Both the position numbers and the translations under genes were made by a program. The notes under the pieces were generated by a model. That model was given only the letters and a program-made list of their open reading frames with translations, searched no databases and was not told where the DNA came from. A stretch of 64,000 nucleotides of DNA from an uncultured cyanobacterium (GTDB lineage Bacteria > Cyanobacteriota > Cyanobacteriia > Phormidesmidales > Phormidesmidaceae), in contig CAWBZI010000001.1 of the NCBI GenBank assembly GCA_963793265.1, positions 544,001-608,000 of the forward strand. Reading direction: 5' to 3'. The first letter of the stretch is position 1. The number at the start of each line of letters is the position of its first letter. Shown piece after piece: positions 29,924 through 40,146 of this stretch.

Positions 29924-30031
29924 CTCTCCTGCTATAGCAAGCGCTTATAGCAATCATCAGAAATTAGAGACTATCGAACCAAAAGATCGAAACTGTTATT
30001 TTTAAAGCGGTAACTTTCGCCACAGTTTTGT

Positions 30032-30571
30032 TTAGGAGCGCCGCTTTTTTTTACGTCGTTTTTTACGCCCTGATCTTTTACGTTTCAAGTAGCTACCGAT
30101 CACGTCACTCGCTGAGTGGCTAATTGCACCCAGCTCTAACCCGACTAAGATCGCAATCCATTCAGCCCAATAGTGACTAAGGAGATACCGTAGGGTTGTC
30201 TCCAGGCTCCCCCAGGTAATCTGCGCATCCCACACGGCATTTAAAAGCTCAACGGATAGAATCGTAAGGAGGGCTATCCATACAGCTAGATAAATAACCC
30301 GTAGCACAGTGCCGATGATAGGGCCGTGAGACAGCTTAGATCGGTGCTTCAGTGTGACTTGATAGGGGAGCCAAATCCATTTTATAGGCCCCCATCGCTT
30401 GTATTGAATAGAGTGAATATCTAGGTCGGGGCCGAGCATAAAGCCGCCGACTAGAAAGGCGGTGCCAGTAATTGCTGTGAGCCCCAGAGAGTTTGTAAGG
30501 CCAAAAGTGGGGCCGATAATGAGAGGGACGCACCAAAGGGTGATGCGGTCGTGAGTGCGGCCTGATGGCAT
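30032..30571 (-). CDS. DUF2227 family putative metal-binding membrane protein
   Basis: MPSGRTHD, GPDLD, HRSKLSHGPIIGT.LR, SHSASD. Confidence 0.85.
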   Translation of the reverse strand: MPSGRTHDRITLWCVPLIIGPTFGLTNSLGLTAITGTAFLVGGFMLGPDLDIHSIQYKRWGPIKWIWLPYQVTLKHRSKLSHGPIIGTVLRVIYLAVWIALLTILSVELLNAVWDAQITWGSLETTLRYLLSHYWAEWIAILVGLELGAISHSASDVIGSYLKRKRSGRKKRRKKKRRS

Positions 30572-30723
30572 GAGTATGAGTGTAGAAGACACGTTGCAGA
30601 TGTGATGCTTTCTACAGTAATACAGATGTTTGTCTGTACTGTTTGCGCAGTGTAAAAAATTGGGGGTTGAACCGCTTCATCTTCTGCTATTATTTTAATC
30701 CGAGTGCAAAAGTGCATTCATCC

Positions 30724-30796
30724 GGGCGGTTAGCTCAGTTGGTAGAGCGTCTCGTTTACACCGAGAATGTCACAGGTTCGAGTCCTGTACCGCCCA
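30724..30796 (+). tRNA. tRNA-Val(TAC)
   Basis: GGGCGGT acceptor stem, anticodon loop TTTACAC, GGTTCGAGTCC T-arm; CCA not encoded. Confidence 0.97.
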
Positions 30797-30814
30797 TATT
30801 CATGACATAGCCCT

Positions 30815-32065
30815 ATGCCTTCCAAACGTAAGGATGCAAAACAGCGTCTGCCGCTTCAGTTTTGGATTGTTGCTTCAATTGCCTTTATTAATTCGGTTAG
30901 CTTCACTATTATCATCCCGGTGCTGTACCCGTATGCGAAGCAGTTTGGGCTGAGCGATCTTCAGGCGAGCTTGCTCACAACGGCCTATTCGCTCTCACAG
31001 TTTATCGGCACGCCTATCTTGGGTCAGCTCTCAGATCGGTGGGGACGCAGACCGCTGTTAGTCGTGAGTCTTTTAGGCACGGTAGCTTCTAATTTGGTGG
31101 CGGCTGTAGCAGGTGTTCCCTGGCTCTTATTTGGAGCGCGTATCCTCGACGGCATCACGGGGGGCAACAATTCCATTGCTCAGGCGGTGGTGAGCGACAT
31201 CACTTCGCCCGAGCAGCGTACGCAGGCGTTTGGTATCTATAGCGGGCTGTTTCGACTGGGCTTTGTGGCAGGGCCGCCTTTGAGCTATTTGGCGCAGACG
31301 GTGCCGCCGATTCCAGGCGTGTCTTCTTTGGGAATGAGCTTTTTGGTGTCGGCAGCGATCGCACTCATTGCCGCTATTCTCTGCTTCTTTTTCTTATCCG
31401 AAACACAAATAGATACGGCTGACGCCTCAGATGATCCTCAAGATAAAGCGGGCCAGAAAGCAGGCCATAAAAACTTTGACTTCGCAGGGCTTTTTACAGC
31501 TCTGGGGCGTCCGGTAGTGGGCCGCATTTTACTAATGACTTTTTTGAATGGCTTTACGTTCACGATTTTTACGTTTGCCTTTCAGCCATTTTTTATTCAA
31601 GTTCTAGATCAAGACGCCAAGAATTTAGCGATCGCCTTCGTTGCTTTCGGGCTACTCGCCTTCGCCTCCCAAGTATTTCTCCTAGAGCCCCTACGAAAAC
31701 GCTTCAGCATCGTGAACGTCCTAGTCGGTGCTTTAATTGCGCGGGGCCTACTCTTTATCTTGATGCCTACTTTCCCTAACATCTGGATATTCTCTGGGCT
31801 ACTGGGCTTGTTTGGCCTAGTTAACGCCTTCCCAATGCCGCTGATCGACTCTATTCTATCGACCCGTAGCGACCAGCGCGAACAGGGTGAAATATTGGGA
31901 CTCAATGCTTCCTACCTCAGCATCTCGAACGCATTTGGCCCGGCAGTATCAGGGCTGCTAGTGACCTCTTTTAACTACTCGGTGCCCTTCTGGGTTGCTG
32001 GAGTACTCACTGTCATCGTCGCTGTTTTTGCAATCACGCTTAAGCAACCTGAGCCCGCAGCCTAG
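30815..32065 (+). CDS. MFS transporter (TetA/DHA1-like)
   Basis: GQLSDRWGRRP motif A, ARILDGITGG, 12 TM segments. Confidence 0.9.
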   Translation: MPSKRKDAKQRLPLQFWIVASIAFINSVSFTIIIPVLYPYAKQFGLSDLQASLLTTAYSLSQFIGTPILGQLSDRWGRRPLLVVSLLGTVASNLVAAVAGVPWLLFGARILDGITGGNNSIAQAVVSDITSPEQRTQAFGIYSGLFRLGFVAGPPLSYLAQTVPPIPGVSSLGMSFLVSAAIALIAAILCFFFLSETQIDTADASDDPQDKAGQKAGHKNFDFAGLFTALGRPVVGRILLMTFLNGFTFTIFTFAFQPFFIQVLDQDAKNLAIAFVAFGLLAFASQVFLLEPLRKRFSIVNVLVGALIARGLLFILMPTFPNIWIFSGLLGLFGLVNAFPMPLIDSILSTRSDQREQGEILGLNASYLSISNAFGPAVSGLLVTSFNYSVPFWVAGVLTVIVAVFAITLKQPEPAA

Positions 32066-32131
32066 CGCTACAAGAGTTGCCTATATTTACACGTCTTAAT
32101 AGTATAAATAGACAAACAAGTTTAGGTAAAC

Positions 32132-33688
32132 GTGACTTACACAAGTATTGATAAGGCCCCTGAAGCGGTGAAAAGCCAGCCGTCAGAGTGGTTTTCTAAT
32201 GTGCCAAAGGATTTAGTCGCTGGGGTAGTGGTGGCTTTGGCGTTGATTCCTGAAGCGATCGCATTCTCCATCATTGCCGGAGTCGATCCCCAAGTCGGCC
32301 TCTACGCTTCATTCACGATGGCCGTCACGATTGCCTTTTTGGGGGGCAGACCCGGTATGGTGTCGGCAGCGACGGGCGCGATGGCACTGTTAGTCGTCGG
32401 GCTAGTCAGAGAATATGGCGTGGAGTATCTGTTTGCAGCCACGCTGGTGACTGGCTTATTGCAGATAATCTGGGGCTCGCTGCGCATTGGGCGCATTATG
32501 AAGTACATTCCTCGCGCGGTTTTGGTGGGCTTTGTAAATGCCTTAGCTATCTTGATCTTCATGGCTCAGCTAGAGCAGTTTACGATCGCTAGAGAAGTGG
32601 ATTTTGAGGGGCCTAATGGCATTTTGATGTATGTGATGGTGGCCGCAGGACTGGCTATTATTTACCTGTTGCCGCGCGTGATTGGCAGAATTCCTTTTAT
32701 CAAGTCGATTCCAACGCCGCTGATTGCGATTGTGGCGCTAACGGCAATAGCGAGGTATTTCAACATGCCTTTGCCAACCGTAGGTGATATGGGCGAGCTT
32801 CCCAAAGCCTTTCCTTTCTTTAGACTACCTGCGATTCCGTTTAATTTACAGACCCTTCAAATCGTGCTGCCGGTTGCACTCACGATGTCGGCGGTGGGTC
32901 TACTGGAGTCATTCCTGACGGCCTCAGTACTCGACGATATGACCGATACCAACAGCGATAAAAACAAAGAAGCGCGCGGTCAGGGTGCAGCTAACTTGAT
33001 CACCGGGATATTTGGCGGCATGGCGGGCTGCGCAATGATTGGGCAGTCGGTAATCAACATCAAATCAGGCGGACGCCAGCGACTTTCTACGCTGAGTGCG
33101 GGCTGCTTTCTGCTGTTCTTTGTGCTGACGCTAAGCCCCTTGGTCAGCAGAATTCCAATGGCAGCGCTGGTTGCGGTGATGTTCATGGTGGCCTTCAGTA
33201 CGTTTAACTGGGCCTCGCTGGTGAACTTTCGCAAGCTGCCTAAGAGTGAGACGGCGGTGATGCTGGCGACGGTGGTGACAACGGTGATTACGCACAACCT
33301 GGCGCTGGGGGTGCTGGTGGGAATTGCTTTGAGTGCGATCGCCTTCTCGCGTAAAATCGGTAAGCTGATCATGATTCAAAGCGAGCTAAGCGAAGATCGA
33401 AACACGCGCACTTACTACGTGTTTGGGCAGCTATTTTTTGTTTCTGCCAACAACTTCCGCGAAGCGTTTGATATTCACGAGAAAATTGAAAACATTGTGA
33501 TCGATCTAACGCATTCTCATCTATGGGATCAATCAGCAGTCATGGCGATAGATAAGGTCGTACTGAAGTTTCGATCGCACGGCTCAAAAGTCGAGATCGT
33601 TGGAATGAATGAAGCAAGTGCAACGCTAATGGAGCGTTTAGCCATTCATGACAAGCCAGATGCAATAGCGCTAGCCAGCGGCCACTAG
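32132..33688 (+). CDS. SulP family inorganic anion transporter with STAS domain
   Basis: [32 protein letters not shown]-terminal GQLFF...[12 protein letters not shown]. Confidence 0.92.
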   Translation: MTYTSIDKAPEAVKSQPSEWFSNVPKDLVAGVVVALALIPEAIAFSIIAGVDPQVGLYASFTMAVTIAFLGGRPGMVSAATGAMALLVVGLVREYGVEYLFAATLVTGLLQIIWGSLRIGRIMKYIPRAVLVGFVNALAILIFMAQLEQFTIAREVDFEGPNGILMYVMVAAGLAIIYLLPRVIGRIPFIKSIPTPLIAIVALTAIARYFNMPLPTVGDMGELPKAFPFFRLPAIPFNLQTLQIVLPVALTMSAVGLLESFLTASVLDDMTDTNSDKNKEARGQGAANLITGIFGGMAGCAMIGQSVINIKSGGRQRLSTLSAGCFLLFFVLTLSPLVSRIPMAALVAVMFMVAFSTFNWASLVNFRKLPKSETAVMLATVVTTVITHNLALGVLVGIALSAIAFSRKIGKLIMIQSELSEDRNTRTYYVFGQLFFVSANNFREAFDIHEKIENIVIDLTHSHLWDQSAVMAIDKVVLKFRSHGSKVEIVGMNEASATLMERLAIHDKPDAIALASGH

Positions 33689-33721
33689 CGCTTAGCGCGT
33701 AAGCGTCCAAATCGCACTTGA

Positions 33722-33762
33722 CTTTAACGGCTCTTAACCCGTCGTTAAAGCTTTCCTAACCC
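33722..33762 (+). promoter_or_regulatory. Cyanobacterial Pho box (SphR-type) upstream of pstS
   Basis: YTTAAYY-like units TTTAACGG, CTTAACCC (33733), GTTAAAGC (33744), CCTAACCC (33755) at about 11-bp spacing, about 80 bp before pstS. Confidence 0.7.
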
Positions 33763-33839
33763 GCTGATTTTGCTGTCTTAAACTTGCCCCGATACTTTAC
33801 TCCTTAGCCAAGATTTTGAGCTTAGGAGTTTTCGACACA

Positions 33840-34778
33840 ATGATAATGAACGACAAGAAGTTTTTCACCAGCTTCAAGTTTTTGGGAGCTGCGACGGTGG
33901 CTGCGACGGTGGGGCTCTCTTCTATGGCAATCGCACAGAGCCGCAGCGTCATCTCTATCGATGGCTCTAGCACGGTTTTTCCTATCACCGAAGCGATGGC
34001 TGAAGAATTCATGAGGACAAATTCTAGCGTCAATATCAGCGTCGGTGTTTCGGGTACTGGCGGCGGTTTTCAGAAGTTTTGCGCAGGCGAAACCGCGATT
34101 TCTAATGCGTCTAGACCCATCAAAGACACCGAAATAGAGCTTTGCGCGGCTAACGGTATTGAGTACGAAGTGATTCCGGTCGCCTACGACGCAATCACAA
34201 TCGTTGTGAACCCAGAGAACGATTGGGCAACTGATCTGACCACTGAAGAACTCAAAAAAATTTGGGAGCCTGCTTCTGAAGGCACCGTCACTAGATGGAA
34301 TCAGGTCAATCCGGCTTACCCCAACGAGCCTATCCGGCTGTTTGGCCCTGGTTCTGACTCAGGCACATTCGACTACTTTACAGATGAGATTGTTGGTGAA
34401 GAAGGCGCTAGCCGTGGCGACTATACGGCCAGCGAAGACGATAACGTGCTAGTACTTGGCGTTTCGCGCGACAGAAATGCCCTGGGCTACTTTGGCATGT
34501 CTTACTATCTTGAAAACCAGGACATTCTCAAAGCGCTGGGTGTTTCTAGCCCGGACACTAACAACATCCCAGTTGTGCCTTCGCCTGAAACCATCGAAGA
34601 ATACAAGCCTTTAGCACGTGAAATTTTCATCTACGTGAGCAAAGATACTCTGGCTAGCCGCCCTGAGGTGGCCTCTTTTGTCGAGTACTACATCAACAAC
34701 GCGCCGACTATCGTGCCTGAAGTAGGCTACGTCGCGCTGCCTGGTAGCAGCTACGAAGAATCTCTAAGCAAGCTATAG
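33840..34778 (+). CDS. pstS: Phosphate ABC transporter substrate-binding protein
   Basis: [40 protein letters not shown] before ATG 33840. Confidence 0.93.
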   Translation: MIMNDKKFFTSFKFLGAATVAATVGLSSMAIAQSRSVISIDGSSTVFPITEAMAEEFMRTNSSVNISVGVSGTGGGFQKFCAGETAISNASRPIKDTEIELCAANGIEYEVIPVAYDAITIVVNPENDWATDLTTEELKKIWEPASEGTVTRWNQVNPAYPNEPIRLFGPGSDSGTFDYFTDEIVGEEGASRGDYTASEDDNVLVLGVSRDRNALGYFGMSYYLENQDILKALGVSSPDTNNIPVVPSPETIEEYKPLAREIFIYVSKDTLASRPEVASFVEYYINNAPTIVPEVGYVALPGSSYEESLSKL

Positions 34779-34829
34779 CGACGGTTTGAATGTCTGTCGG
34801 GTTCATCTACTAAGTTGATAATTGCCTGG

Positions 34830-34879
34830 GGTGCTTTTTGTGATCACCAAATAGTTGTTTGGCAGTTGCAAAAAGCACC
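34830..34879. terminator. Long stem-loop after pstS (terminator or mRNA stabiliser)
   Basis: GGTGCTTTTTG...CAAAAAGCACC perfect 11-bp arms with an inner CCAAATA/TGTTTGG stem. Confidence 0.55.
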
Positions 34880-34929
34880 TGAGTTTGTTTGCTGTGCTTA
34901 ACAGAGCTATCTAATTTTATGCTGCGACT

Positions 34930-35811
34930 ATGCTTCCTACTATTAAAAAGAATACATCGGTTCAACAAAAGGAATCAGCGATCGCACCCTCTAGCACTCA
35001 GCCGACCAAACAGCCAGCGGGCAGACGTATCACGCTCAAAAAGGTACTGTATCATCCCCTAACCTGGCTCGCGGTAGGCTTCCACGTTCTATTACTTGTG
35101 GTGCCTTTCGGTGGCGGTGCCAATAGCGACTTAGCCGAAACGCCTGAAGAAGACAGCGAAGCGGCAATCCCTGTCGATCTGCTTAATCTGTCAGATATTG
35201 CCACATCTACGCCACCCCCTCTTGAGCCTCCGGTGGCTGCTCCGCCGCCAGCAGTCGCACCGCCGCCACCTGTGCCCAGTAGTAGTAGTCAATCACCCAC
35301 TCAAGCGGCTGTCCCTGATTCAGTGCCCGCTCCGGCAAATGAGGTTCCGGCAAATAAGGTTCTTGAGCCCACAACGGCTTCAGTAGAAACAGCGACACCA
35401 GATCCGGTCGCCACTCCTAAAGAAACGCCGCCTGCCTACAATCCCGCTCAGGATCAATCTATTTTTATCGCTAACTTGGAAGCGGTCGGCTTAAATGACT
35501 ACACCGATCAAGGACTGCCACCGTCTAGCTTTTTTCGCAGCCCTGAGAACGCAGGTTATTTTTTAAATGGGGATACGCCTGCACCGGGGGCAGCCAGTGC
35601 CCGGTGGGTGGATAAGAGCCCGGCTGATGTGCTCGCTCAGCTCCAAACCAGCTATGCACCGACTGGAATTGCCTTTACGAAGCTAGATGACTATGCAGGA
35701 GAGCTGCTCTACCAGCTCACAACCCCAATAGGCGAAACCTTTATGCACATCAGTCTAGTGCGGCTGAAAGGCTCAACTTTGTTAGTAATCTGGCAAGATC
35801 GGCCCGCGTAA
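34930..35811 (+). CDS. Membrane-anchored Pro-rich hypothetical protein (TonB-like N-terminus)
   Basis: HPLTWLAVGFHVLLLVVP anchor, Pro-rich linker, unknown C-terminal domain. Confidence 0.6.
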   Translation: MLPTIKKNTSVQQKESAIAPSSTQPTKQPAGRRITLKKVLYHPLTWLAVGFHVLLLVVPFGGGANSDLAETPEEDSEAAIPVDLLNLSDIATSTPPPLEPPVAAPPPAVAPPPPVPSSSSQSPTQAAVPDSVPAPANEVPANKVLEPTTASVETATPDPVATPKETPPAYNPAQDQSIFIANLEAVGLNDYTDQGLPPSSFFRSPENAGYFLNGDTPAPGAASARWVDKSPADVLAQLQTSYAPTGIAFTKLDDYAGELLYQLTTPIGETFMHISLVRLKGSTLLVIWQDRPA

Positions 35812-35930
35812 CTGGCTGAATGCTCGCTATCGTGTAGTAAATCTGTGTAGCGATTTGTAGCGAAGTTCTGCGGAGGTCTTAATTTTTATTTTTCAAGTTT
35901 CTGATCTGTGTTTTAACTAGCCCCTGCTTT

Positions 35931-36962
35931 ATGAAGGTTGTTCAGTTTATTCATCCGCTTTTTCTAGTTGCTTTGGGCCTGCACGTATCTATTTTGTTCG
36001 TGCCAGTAGGCGATGATTCTGACTCGGCACTCATTGAAGAAGACGTACCGCTAGCGACGCTGACAGATTCTCCTACAGACGACTCGCAGACAGTTGCATC
36101 GGACAGGTTGCCTGTACCCGGTCCTAATGTTTTGAAGCCGACAGCAGCGGTTCCTAGCTCTACTGCTAAATCTACGGTGTCTGCTAAGGCTCCGCCAACG
36201 GCTGTAGCCATACGTCCTGCGCCTGCGCCTGCGGTGGCTGTGCGGTCGGCGGGCGCTACTACACCTACTATCGATCAGCCCCCTGTAGTACCAAATACCC
36301 CGGTAACCGTCCCACAGCAGCGTTCTAATTTGCCGGATCTAACAGCAGGTGACGGAGATGAGAATACTGGCGAGTCTTCGGTTGCAGCCAACAGCGAATC
36401 CGAGCTGACATCTAACGATGACGCGAGTACCGCTGCCGCAGACTCTCCTGAACTCAGTCAGCTAATAGCCTCAGCGCAAACAGAGGTGCCTGTATCGTTA
36501 GCGGCCTCTTTAGAAGATTTAGCTAAGGGGCTGGTGTATGAGCCTGAAGGAACAGGGGATGCAATCGCTCAACAAAAGCTTGATGTGTGGCAAGCGAAGC
36601 TTAGCGCACAGGCCAGTGCAGGTCGGATTGAAACTATCGAACCAATACTGAATTTTGATGTGGTGCTGGAGTATCCAGTTGAATCGGCTGAGGTATTGGA
36701 GGGGCGATCGCTCTCAGTATGCCTGGACGAGATACCGTACAGCGCTGAAATTGGTTTGGCCTTCGACGGGCAGGGCGAGCTGATGGGCGAGCCTGAGCTA
36801 ATTCGCAGTACGGGCTATGACATTTTGAACGAAGAGGCGATCGCGCTAGTCCTACTCCCTGAAAACTTACCCGAAAACCCAGCGTCCAAAGTCTACCTAT
36901 ATGACGTGACCGTAGACTATAACGACGAGCGTTGCGTGAGCTTAGAGGAGCTAAAGGACTAG
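35931..36962 (+). CDS. TonB-like energy transducer family protein
   Basis: HPLFLVALGLHVSILFVP anchor with His, Pro/Thr-rich linker, C-terminal FDGQGEL..EPELIRSTGYDILNEEA resembling TonB_C. Confidence 0.6.
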   Translation: MKVVQFIHPLFLVALGLHVSILFVPVGDDSDSALIEEDVPLATLTDSPTDDSQTVASDRLPVPGPNVLKPTAAVPSSTAKSTVSAKAPPTAVAIRPAPAPAVAVRSAGATTPTIDQPPVVPNTPVTVPQQRSNLPDLTAGDGDENTGESSVAANSESELTSNDDASTAAADSPELSQLIASAQTEVPVSLAASLEDLAKGLVYEPEGTGDAIAQQKLDVWQAKLSAQASAGRIETIEPILNFDVVLEYPVESAEVLEGRSLSVCLDEIPYSAEIGLAFDGQGELMGEPELIRSTGYDILNEEAIALVLLPENLPENPASKVYLYDVTVDYNDERCVSLEELKD

Positions 36963-36971
36963 ACCCTCTAC

Positions 36972-37801
36972 CTAAACTTTAGTGCGGTCGGTAAGAATTT
37001 CGTAGCCTGATTCAGTGACCAGAACGGTGTGCTCCCATTGGGCTGAGAGGGATCGTCTAGGGTGACGACTGTCCAGCGATCGCTCAACGTGCGCGTATGC
37101 CTTTTCCCCTCATTCAAAATCGGCTCAATCGCCAGCGTCATCCCCGGCTCAAGCGTCACATTCGGCGCTTCCTTAGTGCGAAAGTTAAACACCGCTGGCT
37201 CCTCATGCAAATTGCGCCCAACGCCGTGCCCTGTGAACTCCTGCACCACTGAGAACTTATTAGCCTTCACCGAATCCTCAATCGCCCCGGCAATATCCAT
37301 CAGCGTATTACCCGGCTTCACCTGCCCAATCCCCGCGAACAGCGCCGCCTCAGCCGCATCGATTAACCGTTGAGCCTTGGGCTTTACCTTCCCTACAGCG
37401 ATGCTAATACACGAGTCGCCGTGAAAGCCCTCGTAGTAAGCGCCCGTGTCAATCTTCACCACATCCCCGTTCTGAATCGTCTTACGCTTACGCGGAATGC
37501 CGTGCACCACCTCATTATTAACGCTCGCACAAATTGAGGCCGGAAAGCCGTGATAGCCCTTAAAGCTCGGCGTCGCCCCCATTTCCCTAATCCGCTTTTC
37601 AGCGTGAGCGTCCAAATCAGCCGTGGTCATCCCCGCAGCGGTGATTTCGCTAATTTCTTTGAGCACCGTCGCCACAATTTTAGAAGCCGCGCGCATCGTC
37701 TCAATTTCGGAGTCCGACTTTAGCTCAATGCGGCGACCCGCTTTTACTCTCAGAGCAGGCGGAAAAGAGATTTTAGGAAGCAAATTAGTAATGAAATTCA
37801 T
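36972..37801 (-). pseudogene. map: Type I methionine aminopeptidase with a 1-nt frameshift near the 3' end (pseudogene or sequencing error)
   Basis: [30 protein letters not shown] intact; the conserved tail [26 protein letters not shown] is in another frame after 37055. Confidence 0.85.
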
Positions 37802-37933
37802 GACTTACAAAGCGGGTGTGCTCTACATCGTAGCGGGAAGTGACAGGCAGCGACAGCTAAAAGTTCGATAAAACATTTCCATTCCTTCCTTTTTGCTATA
37901 ACCTTAAAGACTGTGCGCTTTTTGAAGGCTGTA

Positions 37934-38296
37934 ATGAACGCTGAAGCAATTATCCGCTCTATTGAAGCGGAACATATTAAAGACGATCTTCCTAAGATCT
38001 ACGTTGGGGATACGATTCGCGTCGGTGTGCGAATTGTCGAGGGCGGCAAAGAGCGCGTCCAACCCTATGAAGGAACTGTCATTGCCATGCGCAATGGTGG
38101 CATTAATGAGACAATTACAGTGCGCCGCGTGTTTCAAGGTGTCGGTGTAGAGCGAGTATTTTTACTCCATGCGCCGCGCGTTGCCAGCATTAAAGTGGTG
38201 CGTCGGGGTAAAGCGCGTCGGGCTAAGCTGTATTATCTGCGCGATCGCGTCGGTAAGGCAACTCGCCTCAAGCAACGCTTTGACCGCTCTCTGTAG
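37934..38296 (+). CDS. rplS: 50S ribosomal protein L19
   Basis: [30 protein letters not shown]. Confidence 0.98.
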   Translation: MNAEAIIRSIEAEHIKDDLPKIYVGDTIRVGVRIVEGGKERVQPYEGTVIAMRNGGINETITVRRVFQGVGVERVFLLHAPRVASIKVVRRGKARRAKLYYLRDRVGKATRLKQRFDRSL

Positions 38297-38434
38297 GCTT
38301 TCTGACCACTTGACTAAGAGAGGCATTTGCAACATTTATTTAATGTGAGAATAGTTAGCTCAGGTTAAATAAATGTGCGAGCCTCACTTGTAGAGTGTAA
38401 GCATCCGCGATAGGATCTAGAAAATTCGAGCTAT

Positions 38435-38507
38435 GCGTCCTTAGTTCAGTTGGTAGAACGTCGGTCTCCAAAACCGAATGTCGGGGGTTCGAGTCCCTCA
38501 GGGCGTG
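38435..38507 (+). tRNA. tRNA-Trp(CCA)
   Basis: GCGTCCT acceptor stem, anticodon loop CTCCAAA, GGTTCGAGTCC; canonical position before secE. Confidence 0.97.
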
Positions 38508-38662
38508 CTTTAGATGTCAAACTCTGCCCAGGAGTAGCCCCACCGCTCACGCGAAGGCATAGCTCTTGGGCAGGTTTGCTGTCTGGATAGATGTTGAATT
38601 GTTCGACAATTTACTAGAATTGAATTTCGATATTGTTTTGAGTGGGCGAGGAGCCGGAACCT

Positions 38663-38950
38663 GTGGCCAAAAAAGACGCTAAGCGAGCACCTAAAGAAGA
38701 CATTTCTCAGCCAGTGAAAGAATCGGCCAAGCAGCCAGCCAAAGGGCAAGCTGCCGTCGAAACTTCAGATGGCTTTAGCGCTGGCGAATTTGCTCAGGGA
38801 ACGCGCGAAGAGCTAACCAAGGTCATTTGGCCCACTCGCCAGCAGCTCATCAGCGAATCTGCGGCAGTAATTTTGATGGTGGGGCTATCGGCAACCGTTA
38901 TTTATTTAGTAGATAAGCTATTTGGCTGGGCGTCTAGGCAGGTTTTTTAA
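38663..38950 (+). CDS. secE: Preprotein translocase subunit SecE
   Basis: EELTKVIWPTRQQL plus TM; synteny; probable GTG start at 38663. Confidence 0.93.
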   Translation: MAKKDAKRAPKEDISQPVKESAKQPAKGQAAVETSDGFSAGEFAQGTREELTKVIWPTRQQLISESAAVILMVGLSATVIYLVDKLFGWASRQVF

Positions 38951-38953
38951 GTC

Positions 38954-39625
38954 ATGGTTCAAGCATTAGACAATTCTGATTACGACGAGTCTTTAGCCTC
39001 CCAAGAAGATCCGATTTCTGAAGAGGAACGGGCGGAAGCAGAGAAAGTTAAAGTCCGAAAAGAGCGACCCCGTTGGTATGCGGTGCAGGTGGCTTCGGGC
39101 TGCGAAAAAAAGGTGAAGCTGACGCTAGAGCAGCGTGTAAAAACGTTTGACTTAGCCAGCGTCATCTTAGACGTAGAGATTCCGCAGACCCCTGCGGTGA
39201 AAATGCGCAAAGACGGCTCGCGTCACAACATTGAAGAAAAGGTGTTTCCAGGGTACGTGCTCATTCGTATGGCCCTAGACGACGACGCCTGGCAGGTTGT
39301 GAAGAACACCCCTCACGTGATTAACTTTGTGGGGGCCGAGCAGCGTCGGGCTCAGGGCAGAGGTCGCGGACACGTGAAGCCGATGCCGCTGAGTGCAGGC
39401 GAGGTAAAGCGCATCTTTAAGCAGACCCAAGAGCAGGCTCCCGTGGTCAAAATTGACATGGCGGCTGGCGACAAAATCGCCGTGCTTTCTGGGCCGTTTA
39501 AAGACTTTGAAGGTGAAGTGATTGAAGTGAGCCCAGAGCGCAGCAAGCTTAAGGCACTGCTCTCTATCTTTGGTCGCGATACCCCCGTCGAGCTTGAGTT
39601 TAATCAAGTGAAAAAAGAAGGGTGA
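38954..39625 (+). CDS. nusG: Transcription termination/antitermination factor NusG
   Basis: WYAVQVASGCE, FPGYVL, KOW GPFKDFEG, IFGRDTPVEL. Confidence 0.98.
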   Translation: MVQALDNSDYDESLASQEDPISEEERAEAEKVKVRKERPRWYAVQVASGCEKKVKLTLEQRVKTFDLASVILDVEIPQTPAVKMRKDGSRHNIEEKVFPGYVLIRMALDDDAWQVVKNTPHVINFVGAEQRRAQGRGRGHVKPMPLSAGEVKRIFKQTQEQAPVVKIDMAAGDKIAVLSGPFKDFEGEVIEVSPERSKLKALLSIFGRDTPVELEFNQVKKEG

Positions 39626-39661
39626 TAAGCCCGGTTTTATTCAGTTAGTAAGAGATAATCA

Positions 39662-40084
39662 ATGGCAAAGAAGGTAGTTGCGCTCATTAAGCTAGCGATT
39701 CCCGCTGGCAAGGCGAACCCTGCGCCACCGATTGGCCCCGCTTTGGGTCAGCACGGTGTCAACATTATGGCGTTCTGTAAAGATTACAACGCCAGAACCG
39801 CTGAAAAAGCAGGTTTGATTGTTCCGGTTGAGATTTCTGTTTTTGAAGACAGAAGCTTTACCTTTATTCTCAAAACGCCGCCCGCATCCGTTTTGATCAA
39901 AAAGGCTGCGAAAATTGAAAAGGGATCTGGCAATCCCAAACTTGAGAAGGTGGGTTCGATTAGTCGCGCTCAGCTCAAAGAAATTGCCGAGACAAAAATG
40001 CCTGACCTTAATGCCAACGACATTGAGATGGCGATGAATATTATTGAAGGCACCGCTCGTAATATGGGCGTTGAAGTCAAGTAG
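39662..40084 (+). CDS. rplK: 50S ribosomal protein L11
   Basis: [31 protein letters not shown]. Confidence 0.98.
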   Translation: MAKKVVALIKLAIPAGKANPAPPIGPALGQHGVNIMAFCKDYNARTAEKAGLIVPVEISVFEDRSFTFILKTPPASVLIKKAAKIEKGSGNPKLEKVGSISRAQLKEIAETKMPDLNANDIEMAMNIIEGTARNMGVEVK

Positions 40085-40106
40085 AACCCGGACTAGAAAA
40101 CATTAC

Positions 40107-40136
40107 GGGGAAGGAGCGCCAGCTTCGTTAGACCCC
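40107..40136 (+). promoter_or_regulatory. Putative L1-binding autoregulatory mRNA hairpin before rplA
   Basis: GGGG-AA-GGAGC-GCCA-GCTTC-GTTAGA-CCCC: two stems around an asymmetric purine-rich internal loop, adjacent to the rplA RBS. Confidence 0.45.
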
Positions 40137-40146
40137 AGGAGAACAC

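Noticed and set aside
37040..37060. Programmed ribosomal frameshift in map
   Set aside because: No slippery X XXY YYZ heptamer or evident stimulatory structure; an error or recent mutation is simpler
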